Assembly (NCBI GenBank): GCA_009873635.1
Contig: WAHY01000003.1
Span: 141,678 to 205,677, forward strand
Length of the DNA stretch: 64,000 bases
Reading direction: 5' to 3'
DNA from: Nitrospinota bacterium
Lineage (GTDB): Bacteria > Nitrospinota > Nitrospinia > Nitrospinales > VA-1
Within the stretch, counting starts at the first letter, position 1. Each line of letters starts with the position of its first letter. Both the position numbers and the translations under genes were made by a program. Shown one piece after another: positions 45,551 through 55,351 of the stretch. The notes beneath the pieces are model-generated. The model saw nothing but the letters and a program-made list of their open reading frames with translations. It searched no databases and was not told where the DNA came from.

Positions 45551-45943
45551 TTACATATTACCTGGATGTTTCTTTAAAAGGTATTTATGATAATCGCTGA
45601 TGGATAATGTCCCCAGCATTTGCCCATGCTCTGTTATAGCCAGATGATGGATTTAATGATCCCGCATCACTTGCGCAGCCTTTTCCATGCTTTCCTGGCT
45701 TTCCAGTTTGACGAGTGGAAAGCTCATGACTTCAGCAACCTGAATTTTTTCCGGGTCAAGGTTTTCAGAGACTACTTTCTTGCTGATGTCGTTATTGGTG
45801 ATGATTCCAATGAATTTTCCTCCCGCTTCGACAAGCAAAGAGTGAATACCATTGTCGTGCATGGTATGTGCTGCCTCCAAAACAGTTTCTGTTGGGCTGA
45901 TACTTAAAAGAGATTCTGCAAGATAGTTGAGGATTCTTTCCAT
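45551..45943 (-). pseudogene. CBS-pair protein interrupted by an in-frame TAA
   Basis: The ORF 45653..45943 ends '...KAAQVMRDH' at TAA (45653..45655). The same frame continues 'IHHLAITEHGQMLGTLSISDYHKYLLKKHPGNM' to a TAA at 45551..45553. This is exactly the missing second half of CBS motif 2 (h-HLPV-x-E-x-G-x-l-G-x-l-S-x-x-D). Confidence 0.75.
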
Positions 45944-46049
45944 TTCGATTCACCCGATTTCTAAATATTAATTGCCTGCAAGATTCATTTGGTCCCGTTA
46001 TTTATAGCTGTCTACGCATGCTATATGGTTAAACTTTCCTGAATTCAAA

Positions 46050-47333
46050 TCAATGCGAATTTATTGATATTTTTAAATTGTGCAGCCTGTTTATAAGGGG
46101 AGGAGCCCAGTTGGTTTTACGCGCATTCAATAATTCTTCTGCTTGTTGCATAACTGGTTTCAGGAGTGTAAGGTCTCCAAGCTTATGGTAAGTTTCGGCG
46201 AGGTCTATCAGGATGTGGGCTTCCTCCTTCCTGTTTTCGACATATTTTGCTTTAGCCAGAGCCTGGATGAAAAAAGCTGTCGCATCCTCATAGTCACCTA
46301 GTTTCTGGTAGTTAAGCCCTATGCCAACCAATAATTCAAGCACCTTATCATGATCTTCCTGTTGGCGGTAACTTTCCAGTGCTTTTAAATAACAGTCGAT
46401 AGCTTTTGAAATTATATTTTTCTTAACGTAAACGAATCCGAGTCCGTTATACGAACTGCCAATAAATGCGCTGAACCCTTTTTCTGTGGCAAGAGTTTTT
46501 TGTTCTTCAAAATATTTCAGGGCTTGATCAAGTTTGCCGGAAATTGCAGATGCATCACCAAGGTTGGCAAGCAGGCTGCATTGTTCTTTGCTATCGTCTA
46601 ACTCTATTGCAATGTCCAGTTCCTGAAGAAAGAAATCAATCGCTCTCTGGGTTTGTCCCAGTCTGCTGTATGCCAGGCCCAGGGCTGAAAGCGCGTTTTT
46701 TTCAGCCAGCCTGTCACCTATGCCACGGGCTTTTTTGAGAAAAATGGTTTCAGATTCTACCATTTTACGCAGCTCAAGCATTCCGGAAGATTCCAGGCCA
46801 AATGGTTTTCCGGGTTTTGCATCAATTTCAGCCATCCTTTCAAAGTTCTCATCAACGGTAAGAGACATTCTGGTTTCAACGTCTTTTTTGAAATTCAATT
46901 CCTCTTCTATATCATCCAGAACTTCCTGAAAGTCTTCCTGTAAAAACGCGCTTCTCAAAGAGTAGGGATTGAACTTGCGAAGATATTCCCAATAAGGGTC
47001 AATGCCAATCGGAATCATGGCTTCGTCAAGTAGCAGAGGAACAATCATCATATCCAGGTTTATGGCCGTCTCAATCTCCAGTTGAGTGCGTTCTTTCAGG
47101 GTAGAGTCGCAATCAGGGCTTTCTGAGTCTTTAGCATCGGATCCATTTTTTGAAATTACTATGATTAGTGCATCACAGAGTGAAAGAATTTTGTTGAGAG
47201 TTTGTGGCAAGAAATCCTCAGGCTCTTCAAGACCCAGGCAAGTGGCATTTAAAGCAATGCGACAATCTTGAATAATGTTTTGAACTATATTTATTGAATT
47301 GGGATTGTTGTGGCTGAAATAAAGAGTAGGCAT
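46050..47333 (-). CDS. TIR-like N-terminal domain / TPR-repeat protein
   Basis: 427-codon ORF. The N-terminus 'TLYFSHNNPNS...LSLCDALIIVISKNGS...TQLEIETAINLDMMIVPLLLDE' follows the TIR/TIR-like pattern ([FY]-[IF]-S-[HY], hydrophobic strand + S, E-containing helix, 'IIPV'-like strand). The C-terminal half is TPR ('ALSALGLAYSRLGQTQRAIDFF', 'LANLGDASAISGKLDQALKYF', and others). Confidence 0.6.
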   Translation of the reverse strand: MPTLYFSHNNPNSINIVQNIIQDCRIALNATCLGLEEPEDFLPQTLNKILSLCDALIIVISKNGSDAKDSESPDCDSTLKERTQLEIETAINLDMMIVPLLLDEAMIPIGIDPYWEYLRKFNPYSLRSAFLQEDFQEVLDDIEEELNFKKDVETRMSLTVDENFERMAEIDAKPGKPFGLESSGMLELRKMVESETIFLKKARGIGDRLAEKNALSALGLAYSRLGQTQRAIDFFLQELDIAIELDDSKEQCSLLANLGDASAISGKLDQALKYFEEQKTLATEKGFSAFIGSSYNGLGFVYVKKNIISKAIDCYLKALESYRQQEDHDKVLELLVGIGLNYQKLGDYEDATAFFIQALAKAKYVENRKEEAHILIDLAETYHKLGDLTLLKPVMQQAEELLNARKTNWAPPLINRLHNLKISINSH

Positions 47334-47544
47334 TCTGATTATCTGAATTTATATCCCCGGAATTGGAGAGGTCCATTATCTTCTTTAAAATACCACTCAA
47401 TCTTTACTTTTGAATAGTTCTTTTAAGCGTGCCTGGCAACGAGGCTCCTTGGTTAATTCAGTCATCACTTTTTCGTTTACATTCATATTGTTCCTCAGCA
47501 ATCTGTTCAACATCTTGCTTCAGGTCTTTGAAGGTTTTGTCGAT

Positions 47545-47811
47545 CTATTTTAATCTCAGAAGAGCGGTAGAAACATCAATCGGGTCTGAGCCATTTTTCA
47601 GGAGGGGGCCGCTGGCATACTCGACTATTTTTGGTAGTGTTTTCTGATAAGCGAGAATAAGGGATAGAATCCTTTCTCTTTCTTCCTCAGGGCCTTTTTC
47701 GCCAGGTTCAATGTCAGGAGTTTCTTTGACTTTGGTCTCAAAGAAAGACAACTGGTTTTCCAAAGACGCAATATGTTTTTTCAGCTCTGGTAGAGCTTTA
47801 GAATCAATCAT
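47545..47811 (-). CDS. Hypothetical coiled-coil protein (possible read-on past TAG to 47458)
   Basis: 88-codon ORF rich in Glu/Lys/Leu. After its TAG (47545..47547) the frame stays open for 28 more charged, heptad-like codons ('IDKTFKDLKQDVEQIAEEQYECKRKSDD'). Confidence 0.45.
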   Translation of the reverse strand: MIDSKALPELKKHIASLENQLSFFETKVKETPDIEPGEKGPEEERERILSLILAYQKTLPKIVEYASGPLLKNGSDPIDVSTALLRLK

Positions 47812-48110
47812 CTTTTATATTTTCTCCCCGTAAGTAAACTCTTTTACAGACGTTATAAAGTTTGGGGAAGCAAGAAATACCTGTTTTTTTACAGCCATTG
47901 CTTGAAAAATTTATACAGCTTTCAAAATTTGTCTTGGGATTATTGAAATAAATTATTTAAAAACAAAATAGCCCCAATATTTTTGAAGGTTATATCGAAT
48001 TTCCAATATTGACTATTTTTGAGTTCTAAGAAAAACAAGAGGTGGTCGAATAATTGCAACCCAAATAAAAACATATAGTTAAAGGGGTGGGTGGATTTTT
48101 GGTGGAATTT

Positions 48111-50258
48111 TTAGATGACTTCTATCAGCTCCATATAGTTTCCAAAAAACCGTTTTAGAGCGTCGTTTAGAGGTTGGTGTTTGGGGTCTTTGAGTTCCGG
48201 GTCTTTTTCTATGACGCAGATTGCTTCTTTTCGGGCTATCTCTAATATCTTGATGTCCCGGATCAGGTTGGCGATTTTTAAAATAGGCAATCCCGATTGT
48301 CGGGTTCCCATAAAGTCTCCGGGACCACGTATTTTTAAATCTTCTTCTGCGATGACAAATCCATCCCCAGACTTTTGCATTGCACTCATCCTCGCTTGTC
48401 CGTCCTCGGATATAGGGTGATAGGCCATGAGTAAGCAACGGGATGCATGTTTTCCACGACCTACACGTCCGCGTAGCTGATGCAGTTGTGCAAGTCCAAA
48501 CCTTTCTGCGTGCTCAATAATCATGATGGAAGCGTTGGGGACATCAATGCCTACTTCAATTACCGTGGTAGAAACTAAGATCTGGATTTCTTTATTAAGG
48601 AAGCGTGACATTATATTTTGCCGTTCTTCTTTTTTAAGCTTTCCATGTATCAAACAAGCCTTAAATTCAGGAAATTGTTCCTGAATATATTCGAAGACAG
48701 TAACCGCTGCATTAAGATCGATAGATTCTGATTCTTCGATTAATGGACAGACTACAAATGCCTGCCTTCCTTCTTGTAACTGTTTTTCCAGAATACTGTA
48801 GGCTTTTTCGCGCCGGTTCTCAAAAAACAGGTCGGTGATAATTTCCTGTCTTCCCGGGGGGAGTTCATCTAAAAGCGACACATCCATATCCCCGTAGAGG
48901 GTGAGGGCAAGGGATCTGGGAATGGGTGTTGCGGTCATAATAAGAAGATGCGGGTGGGCTCCTTTTTTCCCAATGGCGTCTCTTTGCATGACTCCGAAGC
49001 GGTGTTGTTCATCTATAACAGCCAACCCCAGATTTTTAAATTGTATATCCTTTTGGATCAGGGAGTGGGTCCCAACTACGATATGTGTTTTTCCTTCCTC
49101 TATATCTTGAAAGTATCTTTGGCGCTCTTTGCCCTTGAGAGCACTTGTAACCAGGCTGAGTTTGACACCTAATTTTTCACAATAAGGTCGAATGTTTAAA
49201 TAATGTTGTTCTGCAAGAATTTCGGTCGGAACCATTAGCGCTGATTGAGTGCCATTATCCACTGCCGTTAACAGTGCGGTGAGGGCTACGATGGTTTTTC
49301 CACTTCCTACATCACCCTGGATCAAACGGTTCATCGGTTTGTCTTTTTCCAGGTCCTCCATAATTTCTCCAAGAACTTTTTTTTGAGCTCCTGTTAACTT
49401 GAAGGGTAGTAACTTTACAAATCGTTTGATGAGTTCATCACGGGTTTTAAAAGGGATTCCTTTGCGTTCAACCCCAGATTGTTTTTTCCTGAAGGCCAGT
49501 CCCAACTGGATCAGGAAGAGCTCTTCAAAAACCAGTCGCTTTTGTGCAGGAGTTTTAAAAAGATCCAGCTCTTTAAGTGAAGAGCCTTTGGTTGGAAAAT
49601 GAGCTTGGAAAATTGCTTCGGATCGAGAGGGAAAATTATGTTGCCGGATCAGGCTTTCAGGAAGAAATTCTTCGATGAGATGCAGGTATTTATCGAGGAC
49701 GTTTTTAATAATATTCCGCATGGATTTGAGGTGAAGACCATCTGTAACATGGTAAACGGGTACAATTTTCCCAATTTCGAGTGATTGGATACTTTCTCCG
49801 GACACCTTCTCGGTTTCCGGGTGGATGATCTCCAGCCCTGAGCGTTTGTTGATATTGGGTTTTCCTGAAAGAATTATTTTTTGTCCCGTTTGAAACTTTT
49901 CTTTCATATAAGTTTCGTTAAATTTGAACCATTTCGCACGGATGACTCCTGTTTCATCCTGAATAATAGCTTCAAATATTCTTTTTTGACGCCCCATGAA
50001 TATTGTTCCGGAGCTTAGGACTTCTCCCGTAAGTGTGACATATTCGCCGGGCATAGCCTGCGAGATTTTTTTAAACTGTGTGCGGTCTTCATACCTGAAA
50101 GGTAAAAAATATAGACAATCCTCAATACTTGTCAGTCGCAGTTTTTCAAGCAGAATCGCTTTTCTTGGGCCAACCCCTTTTATATATTGCATGGGGTCGT
50201 TCAGGGAAGGTGTGTGTTTCATGGATCTAATATTATCGCGCAAGGGATTTGGGAGCAA
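48111..50258 (-). CDS. recG: ATP-dependent DNA helicase RecG
   Basis: 715-codon ORF. Wedge/OB N-terminus. Helicase motifs 'GDVGSGKT', 'DEQHRFG', 'MTATPIPR', 'QLHQLRGRVGRG'. Confidence 0.95.
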   Translation of the reverse strand: MLPNPLRDNIRSMKHTPSLNDPMQYIKGVGPRKAILLEKLRLTSIEDCLYFLPFRYEDRTQFKKISQAMPGEYVTLTGEVLSSGTIFMGRQKRIFEAIIQDETGVIRAKWFKFNETYMKEKFQTGQKIILSGKPNINKRSGLEIIHPETEKVSGESIQSLEIGKIVPVYHVTDGLHLKSMRNIIKNVLDKYLHLIEEFLPESLIRQHNFPSRSEAIFQAHFPTKGSSLKELDLFKTPAQKRLVFEELFLIQLGLAFRKKQSGVERKGIPFKTRDELIKRFVKLLPFKLTGAQKKVLGEIMEDLEKDKPMNRLIQGDVGSGKTIVALTALLTAVDNGTQSALMVPTEILAEQHYLNIRPYCEKLGVKLSLVTSALKGKERQRYFQDIEEGKTHIVVGTHSLIQKDIQFKNLGLAVIDEQHRFGVMQRDAIGKKGAHPHLLIMTATPIPRSLALTLYGDMDVSLLDELPPGRQEIITDLFFENRREKAYSILEKQLQEGRQAFVVCPLIEESESIDLNAAVTVFEYIQEQFPEFKACLIHGKLKKEERQNIMSRFLNKEIQILVSTTVIEVGIDVPNASIMIIEHAERFGLAQLHQLRGRVGRGKHASRCLLMAYHPISEDGQARMSAMQKSGDGFVIAEEDLKIRGPGDFMGTRQSGLPILKIANLIRDIKILEIARKEAICVIEKDPELKDPKHQPLNDALKRFFGNYMELIEVI

Positions 50259-50385
50259 GAAGTTCTATGACGATTGAGCGTTGACAGGAAAAAAATGTGG
50301 AAGTATCCTTAAATAAAAGGCTTATACTTACCTCACTGCTTTTTTTGACTATTGTTTGGAGAAAAATGGAGGTTGCATTTCTGCC

Positions 50386-52632
50386 ATGAAAGTTCAGGAT
50401 TTGACAGACAAGTTATTGGAATACATGCCCGATGCTGATGTCGACATCATTCTGAATGCTTATATTTATTCCGCAAAGGCTCACCGGGGCCAGAGTCGCA
50501 GATCTGGTGAGGCTTATATTTCCCATCCCCTTGAAGTTGCGCATAATCTCGTCAAGTTAAAGCTGGACCCTACAACAGTGGCTGCGGGCCTATTGCACGA
50601 CACCATTGAGGACACCCTTTCTACCCCCGAAGAAATTCAGGAACTGTTTGGTGACGAAATTTTCCAGCTTGTGGATGGGGTGACTAAAATCAGCCAGATC
50701 CATTTTTCCAGTCATGAAGAGAGTCAGGCAGAGAACTATAGAAAGATGATCTTCGCCATGGCTCAGGATATTCGTGTGGTTTTGATCAAGCTTGCCGATC
50801 GGGCCCATAATATGCAGACCCTGGGTTCCCTCTCAGAGGAAAGGCAGAGGAGAATTGCGCGTGAGACTCTGGAAATTTTCGCTCCCATTGCCAACCGTCT
50901 GGGAATTGGGTGGTTGAAATCAGAATTAGAGAATGGGTCATTCCGCTACCTCTACCCTGAAGAATACCGAACCATTGAAGAAAAAGTTGCAAAAAGTAAA
51001 GACAGCCGCGCTCAGTATCTGGAAAAAGTTACCTCCCGGTTGATGAAGGAGTTGCAAAAGGGAGAGATTGAAGGAAAAGTTGAGGGGAGGCCCAAACAAT
51101 TTTACAGTATTTATAAAAAAATGGTGGACCAGAACATTAGTTTTGAGGATGTTTATGACCTGATCGGCGTACGGGTTTTAACGAAATCCCTGGGTGACTG
51201 TTATTCGGTTTTAGGGTTGGTGCATTCTCTATGGAAGCCCATTCCCGGAAAATTTAAGGACTATATTGCCATGCCCAAGCCTAATATGTACCAGTCTCTT
51301 CACACAACAGTGATTGGTCCGAAGGGTGAAAGGGTGGAGGTGCAGATTCGTTCAGAGGAAATGGAAAAGGTTTGCCAGGGAGGAATAGCGTCACACTGGC
51401 GTTATAAAGAAAAAACCGGCGATGATGATAAGCCTATGGACGAACAATTATCATGGGTTCGGCTTCTTCTTGAAAACCAGAAAGACTTGAAAAACCCTAA
51501 AGAATTTCTCAATGCATTCAAGGTTAATTTGTTCCCGGATGAAGTTTATGTGTTTACCCCTGGCGGGGATGTTATTGCGCTCCCTTACAACGCGACTCCT
51601 GTTGATTTCGCATTTCAGGTTCATACAGATGTTGGATGCCATTGTCATTCGGCTAAGGTAAATGGAAAGGTTGTTCCGCTGCGTTATAAACTAAAGGATG
51701 GGGATCAGGTTGAAATAATCACAGCAGAGGAAGGATCCCCCAATCGCGAATGGCTGGCCTTTGTGAAAACTTCCAAGGCAAGAAACCGAATATCTCACTT
51801 CATCAATACAGAAGAGCGTTCAAGAAGTTTGAAGTTAGGGAAGGAGCTTCTTGAAAAAGAGATTCTCGGATACGACCTGGATCCTGAAACTGAAATGGGA
51901 GGAGAGGCCTTTGAAGAAGCCGCACAGGCATGTGGTTTTAATTCTACGGATAGCCTGTTGATGGGAATAGGAATCGGAAAATTATCGACTCACCATGTCA
52001 TCGAAAAATTGATTCCTAAAGAAAAGTTGGAGGGCAAAGAGTCGCGTGACAAAATGCTGATAAAACTTAAGGAAAACCGGCCTTCTAAATCCTCACGTAA
52101 TGCGATCAAGGTTCAATGTTTCAATGAAAATATTTCCATTAGAATCGGCAAATGTTGTCATCCACTCCCTGGTGAACCGATCATAGGTTATATTACGCGA
52201 GGCCGGGGAGTTACAGTGCACCATATTGACTGCCCAAGTGTCGGAAACGTGATCAATGATCCGGAAAGACTGGTTGGAGTAGAATGGGAAGCAGGCTTGA
52301 ATGTGATTTACCAGGCCCATATTGCCATTGTCGCGACGGACAAGCCCGGAATAATGGCTACTATCAGTCAGTCCTTCGCAGAATGCGGGATCAACATCAC
52401 CCGGGCAAACATTCAACAGGGATCAAACCAAAGGGCATACTTCGACCTTTCCATAGAGATTCAGGACGTGGAACACTTGAATCAAATTCTTGAAAAAATA
52501 CGCCAGCTTGATGATGTGATTTACCTGGAGCGGATCAAAGACTTTAACAAAAATTCACCGGTCAAAAACAGGCTGGAGGCCCTGGGTGAAAAACTGGGGG
52601 CGAAGGGAGAGCGGGAACTGAGCCCTACCTGA
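50386..52632 (+). CDS. rel: Bifunctional (p)ppGpp synthetase/hydrolase (RelA/SpoT homologue)
   Basis: I preferred the ATG at 50386 (GGAGG 13 nt upstream). The ORF track offers a TTG at 50356. HD hydrolase 'HPLEVA...LHDTIEDT'. Synthetase '[12 protein letters not shown]'. TGS '[25 protein letters not shown]'. C-terminal ACT-like region. Confidence 0.95.
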   Translation: MKVQDLTDKLLEYMPDADVDIILNAYIYSAKAHRGQSRRSGEAYISHPLEVAHNLVKLKLDPTTVAAGLLHDTIEDTLSTPEEIQELFGDEIFQLVDGVTKISQIHFSSHEESQAENYRKMIFAMAQDIRVVLIKLADRAHNMQTLGSLSEERQRRIARETLEIFAPIANRLGIGWLKSELENGSFRYLYPEEYRTIEEKVAKSKDSRAQYLEKVTSRLMKELQKGEIEGKVEGRPKQFYSIYKKMVDQNISFEDVYDLIGVRVLTKSLGDCYSVLGLVHSLWKPIPGKFKDYIAMPKPNMYQSLHTTVIGPKGERVEVQIRSEEMEKVCQGGIASHWRYKEKTGDDDKPMDEQLSWVRLLLENQKDLKNPKEFLNAFKVNLFPDEVYVFTPGGDVIALPYNATPVDFAFQVHTDVGCHCHSAKVNGKVVPLRYKLKDGDQVEIITAEEGSPNREWLAFVKTSKARNRISHFINTEERSRSLKLGKELLEKEILGYDLDPETEMGGEAFEEAAQACGFNSTDSLLMGIGIGKLSTHHVIEKLIPKEKLEGKESRDKMLIKLKENRPSKSSRNAIKVQCFNENISIRIGKCCHPLPGEPIIGYITRGRGVTVHHIDCPSVGNVINDPERLVGVEWEAGLNVIYQAHIAIVATDKPGIMATISQSFAECGINITRANIQQGSNQRAYFDLSIEIQDVEHLNQILEKIRQLDDVIYLERIKDFNKNSPVKNRLEALGEKLGAKGERELSPT

Positions 52633-52819
52633 TAGCTTTGGTTATTTTTCCTGATTTGATGCAGCGGGTACAGACTTTCATGGTCTTAACAGAACCCTTC
52701 ATCACAACACGTAATTTCTTTATATTTGGTTTCCATTGTCGGCGGGTTTTATTGTTCGCGTGACTGACATTGTTACCAAATTGGGGTTTTTTATCGCAAA
52801 CTTCACATTTTTGGGACAT
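52625..52819 (-). CDS. rpmB: 50S ribosomal protein L28
   Basis: '[35 protein letters not shown]' is the L28 signature region. ATG at 52819 with GGAG 8 nt upstream. Confidence 0.9.
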   Translation of the reverse strand: MSQKCEVCDKKPQFGNNVSHANNKTRRQWKPNIKKLRVVMKGSVKTMKVCTRCIKSGKITKAIR

Positions 52820-52903
52820 CAAATTCTCCGAAATAGATTGTCTTGAAGATGGTTAGATGCTAGCATAACCTTGTTAAAGGGGCAAGAGATTTGAGAGAGC
52901 ATT

Positions 52904-53125
52904 ATGGTTGTCGATAAAAATACTACGATCAACGAGATTCTCAATACCTATCCTGAGGCCATTAAGTTTTTCAATGAGAAACAAATGTCCTGCAGCAGTT
53001 GTTTTGCTGTTAAGTTCGATACTCTGGAAAACGGGGCCTTGATGCATGGTATGGATGTCGCCGCTCTGATCAGACAACTTGAAGAATTTCTGGAAGCCCT
53101 TCCCGCCCGTACCGTTTCTACCTGA
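52904..53125 (+). CDS. DUF1858 / hybrid-cluster-associated redox-disulfide-like small protein
   Basis: 73-codon ORF. 'TINEILNTYPEAIKFFNEKQMSCSSCFAVKFDTLENGALMHGMDV' matches the DUF1858 pattern (helical bundle with a CxxC pair). Confidence 0.6.
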   Translation: MVVDKNTTINEILNTYPEAIKFFNEKQMSCSSCFAVKFDTLENGALMHGMDVAALIRQLEEFLEALPARTVST

Positions 53126-53243
53126 CACAAGTAATTTATAGAGAATCAGACTTTTAATTATTTAATGAGGATTTTGTGCCTGGGTCAGGAAGAATAGGAG
53201 GGAGGACTGCGTCTAATCGAAAAATTAATGTAGGGGTGAGAAA

Positions 53244-53561
53244 TTATTCGAGAAACTTAGACTCAGAAATGATGTTTTCCAGTACTTTTTCAGCGATCTG
53301 ATCAGTGGGTACGCTGTAGCTTCCATCTGCTATCTGATTTTTAATTCTTTCCACTTTGTCAGTGCGGATTTCCGGGGCAGTATTTACTGCTTCAGTGACC
53401 TTTTGAATATCTTTGGCTTTAGAAGATATGGCTATCTGCTCACTACCACTGGCTGGGGAAGCAGCTCCCTGACTCTTTGTAGTGGCCGATTTATCACCAA
53501 CTTTAACTCTATCCTGAATTGTTTTGCCTTTAATTCTAAAATCGTTGCCCGGTATTTCCAT
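53244..53561 (-). CDS. flgM: Anti-sigma-28 factor FlgM
   Basis: 105-codon ORF. Disordered Ser/Ala/Gly-rich N-terminal half. C-terminal 'KVERIKNQIADGSYSVPTDQIAEKVLE' is typical of FlgM. A sigma-28 promoter lies upstream. Confidence 0.75.
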   Translation of the reverse strand: MEIPGNDFRIKGKTIQDRVKVGDKSATTKSQGAASPASGSEQIAISSKAKDIQKVTEAVNTAPEIRTDKVERIKNQIADGSYSVPTDQIAEKVLENIISESKFLE

Positions 53562-53687
53562 TTCACTTACCTTTTATGCAAATTAAATTTATAATTTAGG
53601 TTAACTTTTTCTCCTTTTGGAGTAAAGACCTTTTTTTAAACCGTCAAAGGTGTTCTAAATAAAAATATCAACGAGCTTCTGTAACAT

Positions 53688-53714
53688 TTATCGGATTTGG
53701 ATTGAAAAACTTTA
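53688..53714 (-). promoter_or_regulatory. Sigma-28 (FliA)-type promoter upstream of flgM
   Basis: The minus strand reads TAAAGTTT-N11-TCCGATAA, against the enterobacterial consensus TAAAGTTT-N11-GCCGATAA. It is about 125 nt upstream of the flgM start codon. Confidence 0.55.
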
Positions 53715-53877
53715 GCTCTGTTTATAAAATTAATAGAATTTTTTGTTTGCTCAAACTCTTTAGATATATGGGTTTGGCTGGTTTTAAATATCCGAATCGG
53801 GATATTTTTTGAGGCCCTTGCTCCCTGTCAGGCTGGTGGAATTTTTACCTGATAGCTACCTGGTTCACAAGAAAATT

Positions 53878-54306
53878 ATGAGCTTTAAAAACCCTGTTAT
53901 CACAGTCGATATAATTATAGAACAAGCGGAGGGAATTATCTTGATCGAACGAAAAAATCCTCCGCATGGATGGGCATTACCTGGAGGGTTTGTCGATTAC
54001 GGCGAATCTCTGGAGTCCGCGGCTTGCAGGGAAGCCCGGGAGGAGACTGGCTTGGTGGTCAATCTTTTGGCCCAGTTTCATACATATTCCGACCCTGAAC
54101 GTGACCCCAGACAACACACTATCTCTACGGTATTTGTTGCCCAGGCTACTGGGAAGGCCCAGGCAGGTTCCGATGCGACAAAGGCAGAGCTTTTTACAAG
54201 GAATACGCTTCCTAAACCACTCGTGTTTGATCACGCAAAAATTTTGAATGATTATTTTGAGTGGGTGGAAAACGGAAGGACCGGAGTCGGACAGTTAAAA
54301 CTTTGA
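53878..54306 (+). CDS. NUDIX hydrolase
   Basis: I took the ATG at 53878 ('[11 protein letters not shown]'); the ORF-track TTG at 53809 is less likely. Nudix box '[24 protein letters not shown]'. Confidence 0.85.
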   Translation: MSFKNPVITVDIIIEQAEGIILIERKNPPHGWALPGGFVDYGESLESAACREAREETGLVVNLLAQFHTYSDPERDPRQHTISTVFVAQATGKAQAGSDATKAELFTRNTLPKPLVFDHAKILNDYFEWVENGRTGVGQLKL

Positions 54307-54319
54307 CCGGTGAATTTTT

Positions 54320-55252
54320 ATGAAACTTTTAAGGCACGCTCGCAAATATATTATTGTTGGAACCATGGTTTTAGCATCCGCCTGGAGCCAGCCAGGTTAT
54401 GGGTCTTCTATTGACTCGAAAAAATATTCCCGGGTGATTTGGAGTTATCTGGAGACCCTTTGCGACTTTGGCCCGAGAAACCCAGGTAGTGAGGGCTATC
54501 GGGATACTCTCAAGTTGATCCGGAAAGTGGGGGACAAATATGCGGACCAGGTTTTGGAACACCCGTTCTCAGTAAAAACTTCTATGACATCCTCCGAGGA
54601 AATGGTTAATTTGGAGCTCAGATTTGATGGGACGGAAGGAGGTGCCCCGATTTTGATAGGTGCTCATTTTGATACCCGGCCTTTTGCAGATGAAGACCCA
54701 AACCCTGAAAACAGATCAAAACCAATATTAGGTGCCAATGATGGAGGTTCGGGAACAGCAGTACTACTTGGGTTGGCACAATATCTCAGTCAGCATCCTG
54801 TTGCCCGACCCGTTCACCTGGTATTTTTTGATGGTGAAGATTTTGGTGCAGACGGATCCGGCCTGAAGCTGTTAGGTTCCACTTACTACGCCCAGCAACT
54901 GATACAGCAAGATAGAGGTGAATGGCCTTACTGGGTGCTGGTCATCGATATGATAGGGGATAAAGATTTACAGATATACAAAGAGACCTTTTCCTTGAAA
55001 GGCAGTGCGAGTTTTTTAGATAAACTTTATAGTGCCGCAAAAAAGCTGGGAATAAAGTCGATGAAAGAAGAAATTAATTATACGATTTACGATGACCATT
55101 ATCCCTTCCACCGCATTGGTATTCCCTCTACCGTGCTGATAGATTTTGACTATCCCTATTGGCACACCCTTGCTGATACGCTGGATAAATGCTCGGTCGA
55201 GAGCATGTATTCAATTTTCTCTCTTGTGGTGAAAACAATTGAGGATTTGTAA
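54320..55252 (+). CDS. M28-family peptidase (glutaminyl-cyclase-like), exported
   Basis: 310-codon ORF with a signal peptide. Metal ligand blocks 'IGAHFDTRPFAD', 'GANDGGSGTAVLLGLA', 'FFDGEDFG' and 'DDHYPF'. Confidence 0.8.
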   Translation: MKLLRHARKYIIVGTMVLASAWSQPGYGSSIDSKKYSRVIWSYLETLCDFGPRNPGSEGYRDTLKLIRKVGDKYADQVLEHPFSVKTSMTSSEEMVNLELRFDGTEGGAPILIGAHFDTRPFADEDPNPENRSKPILGANDGGSGTAVLLGLAQYLSQHPVARPVHLVFFDGEDFGADGSGLKLLGSTYYAQQLIQQDRGEWPYWVLVIDMIGDKDLQIYKETFSLKGSASFLDKLYSAAKKLGIKSMKEEINYTIYDDHYPFHRIGIPSTVLIDFDYPYWHTLADTLDKCSVESMYSIFSLVVKTIEDL

Positions 55253-55351
55253 ACGCAATTTTCTTAGTAGTTGAATAGCCTCTACAACGGAGTGTTTGCT
55301 TATGAAAGGAAAAAAGTGTCTGCATTTCACTCCCTCCGGTAGCATCGCCGG

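Noticed and set aside
38870-45655. Selenocysteine, pyrrolysine or a reassigned genetic code as an explanation for the in-frame stops.
   Set aside because: Neither stop is TGA, so no Sec. TAG and TAA both terminate many intact neighbouring genes at their expected ends. No pyl genes or suppressor tRNA are visible in the window.
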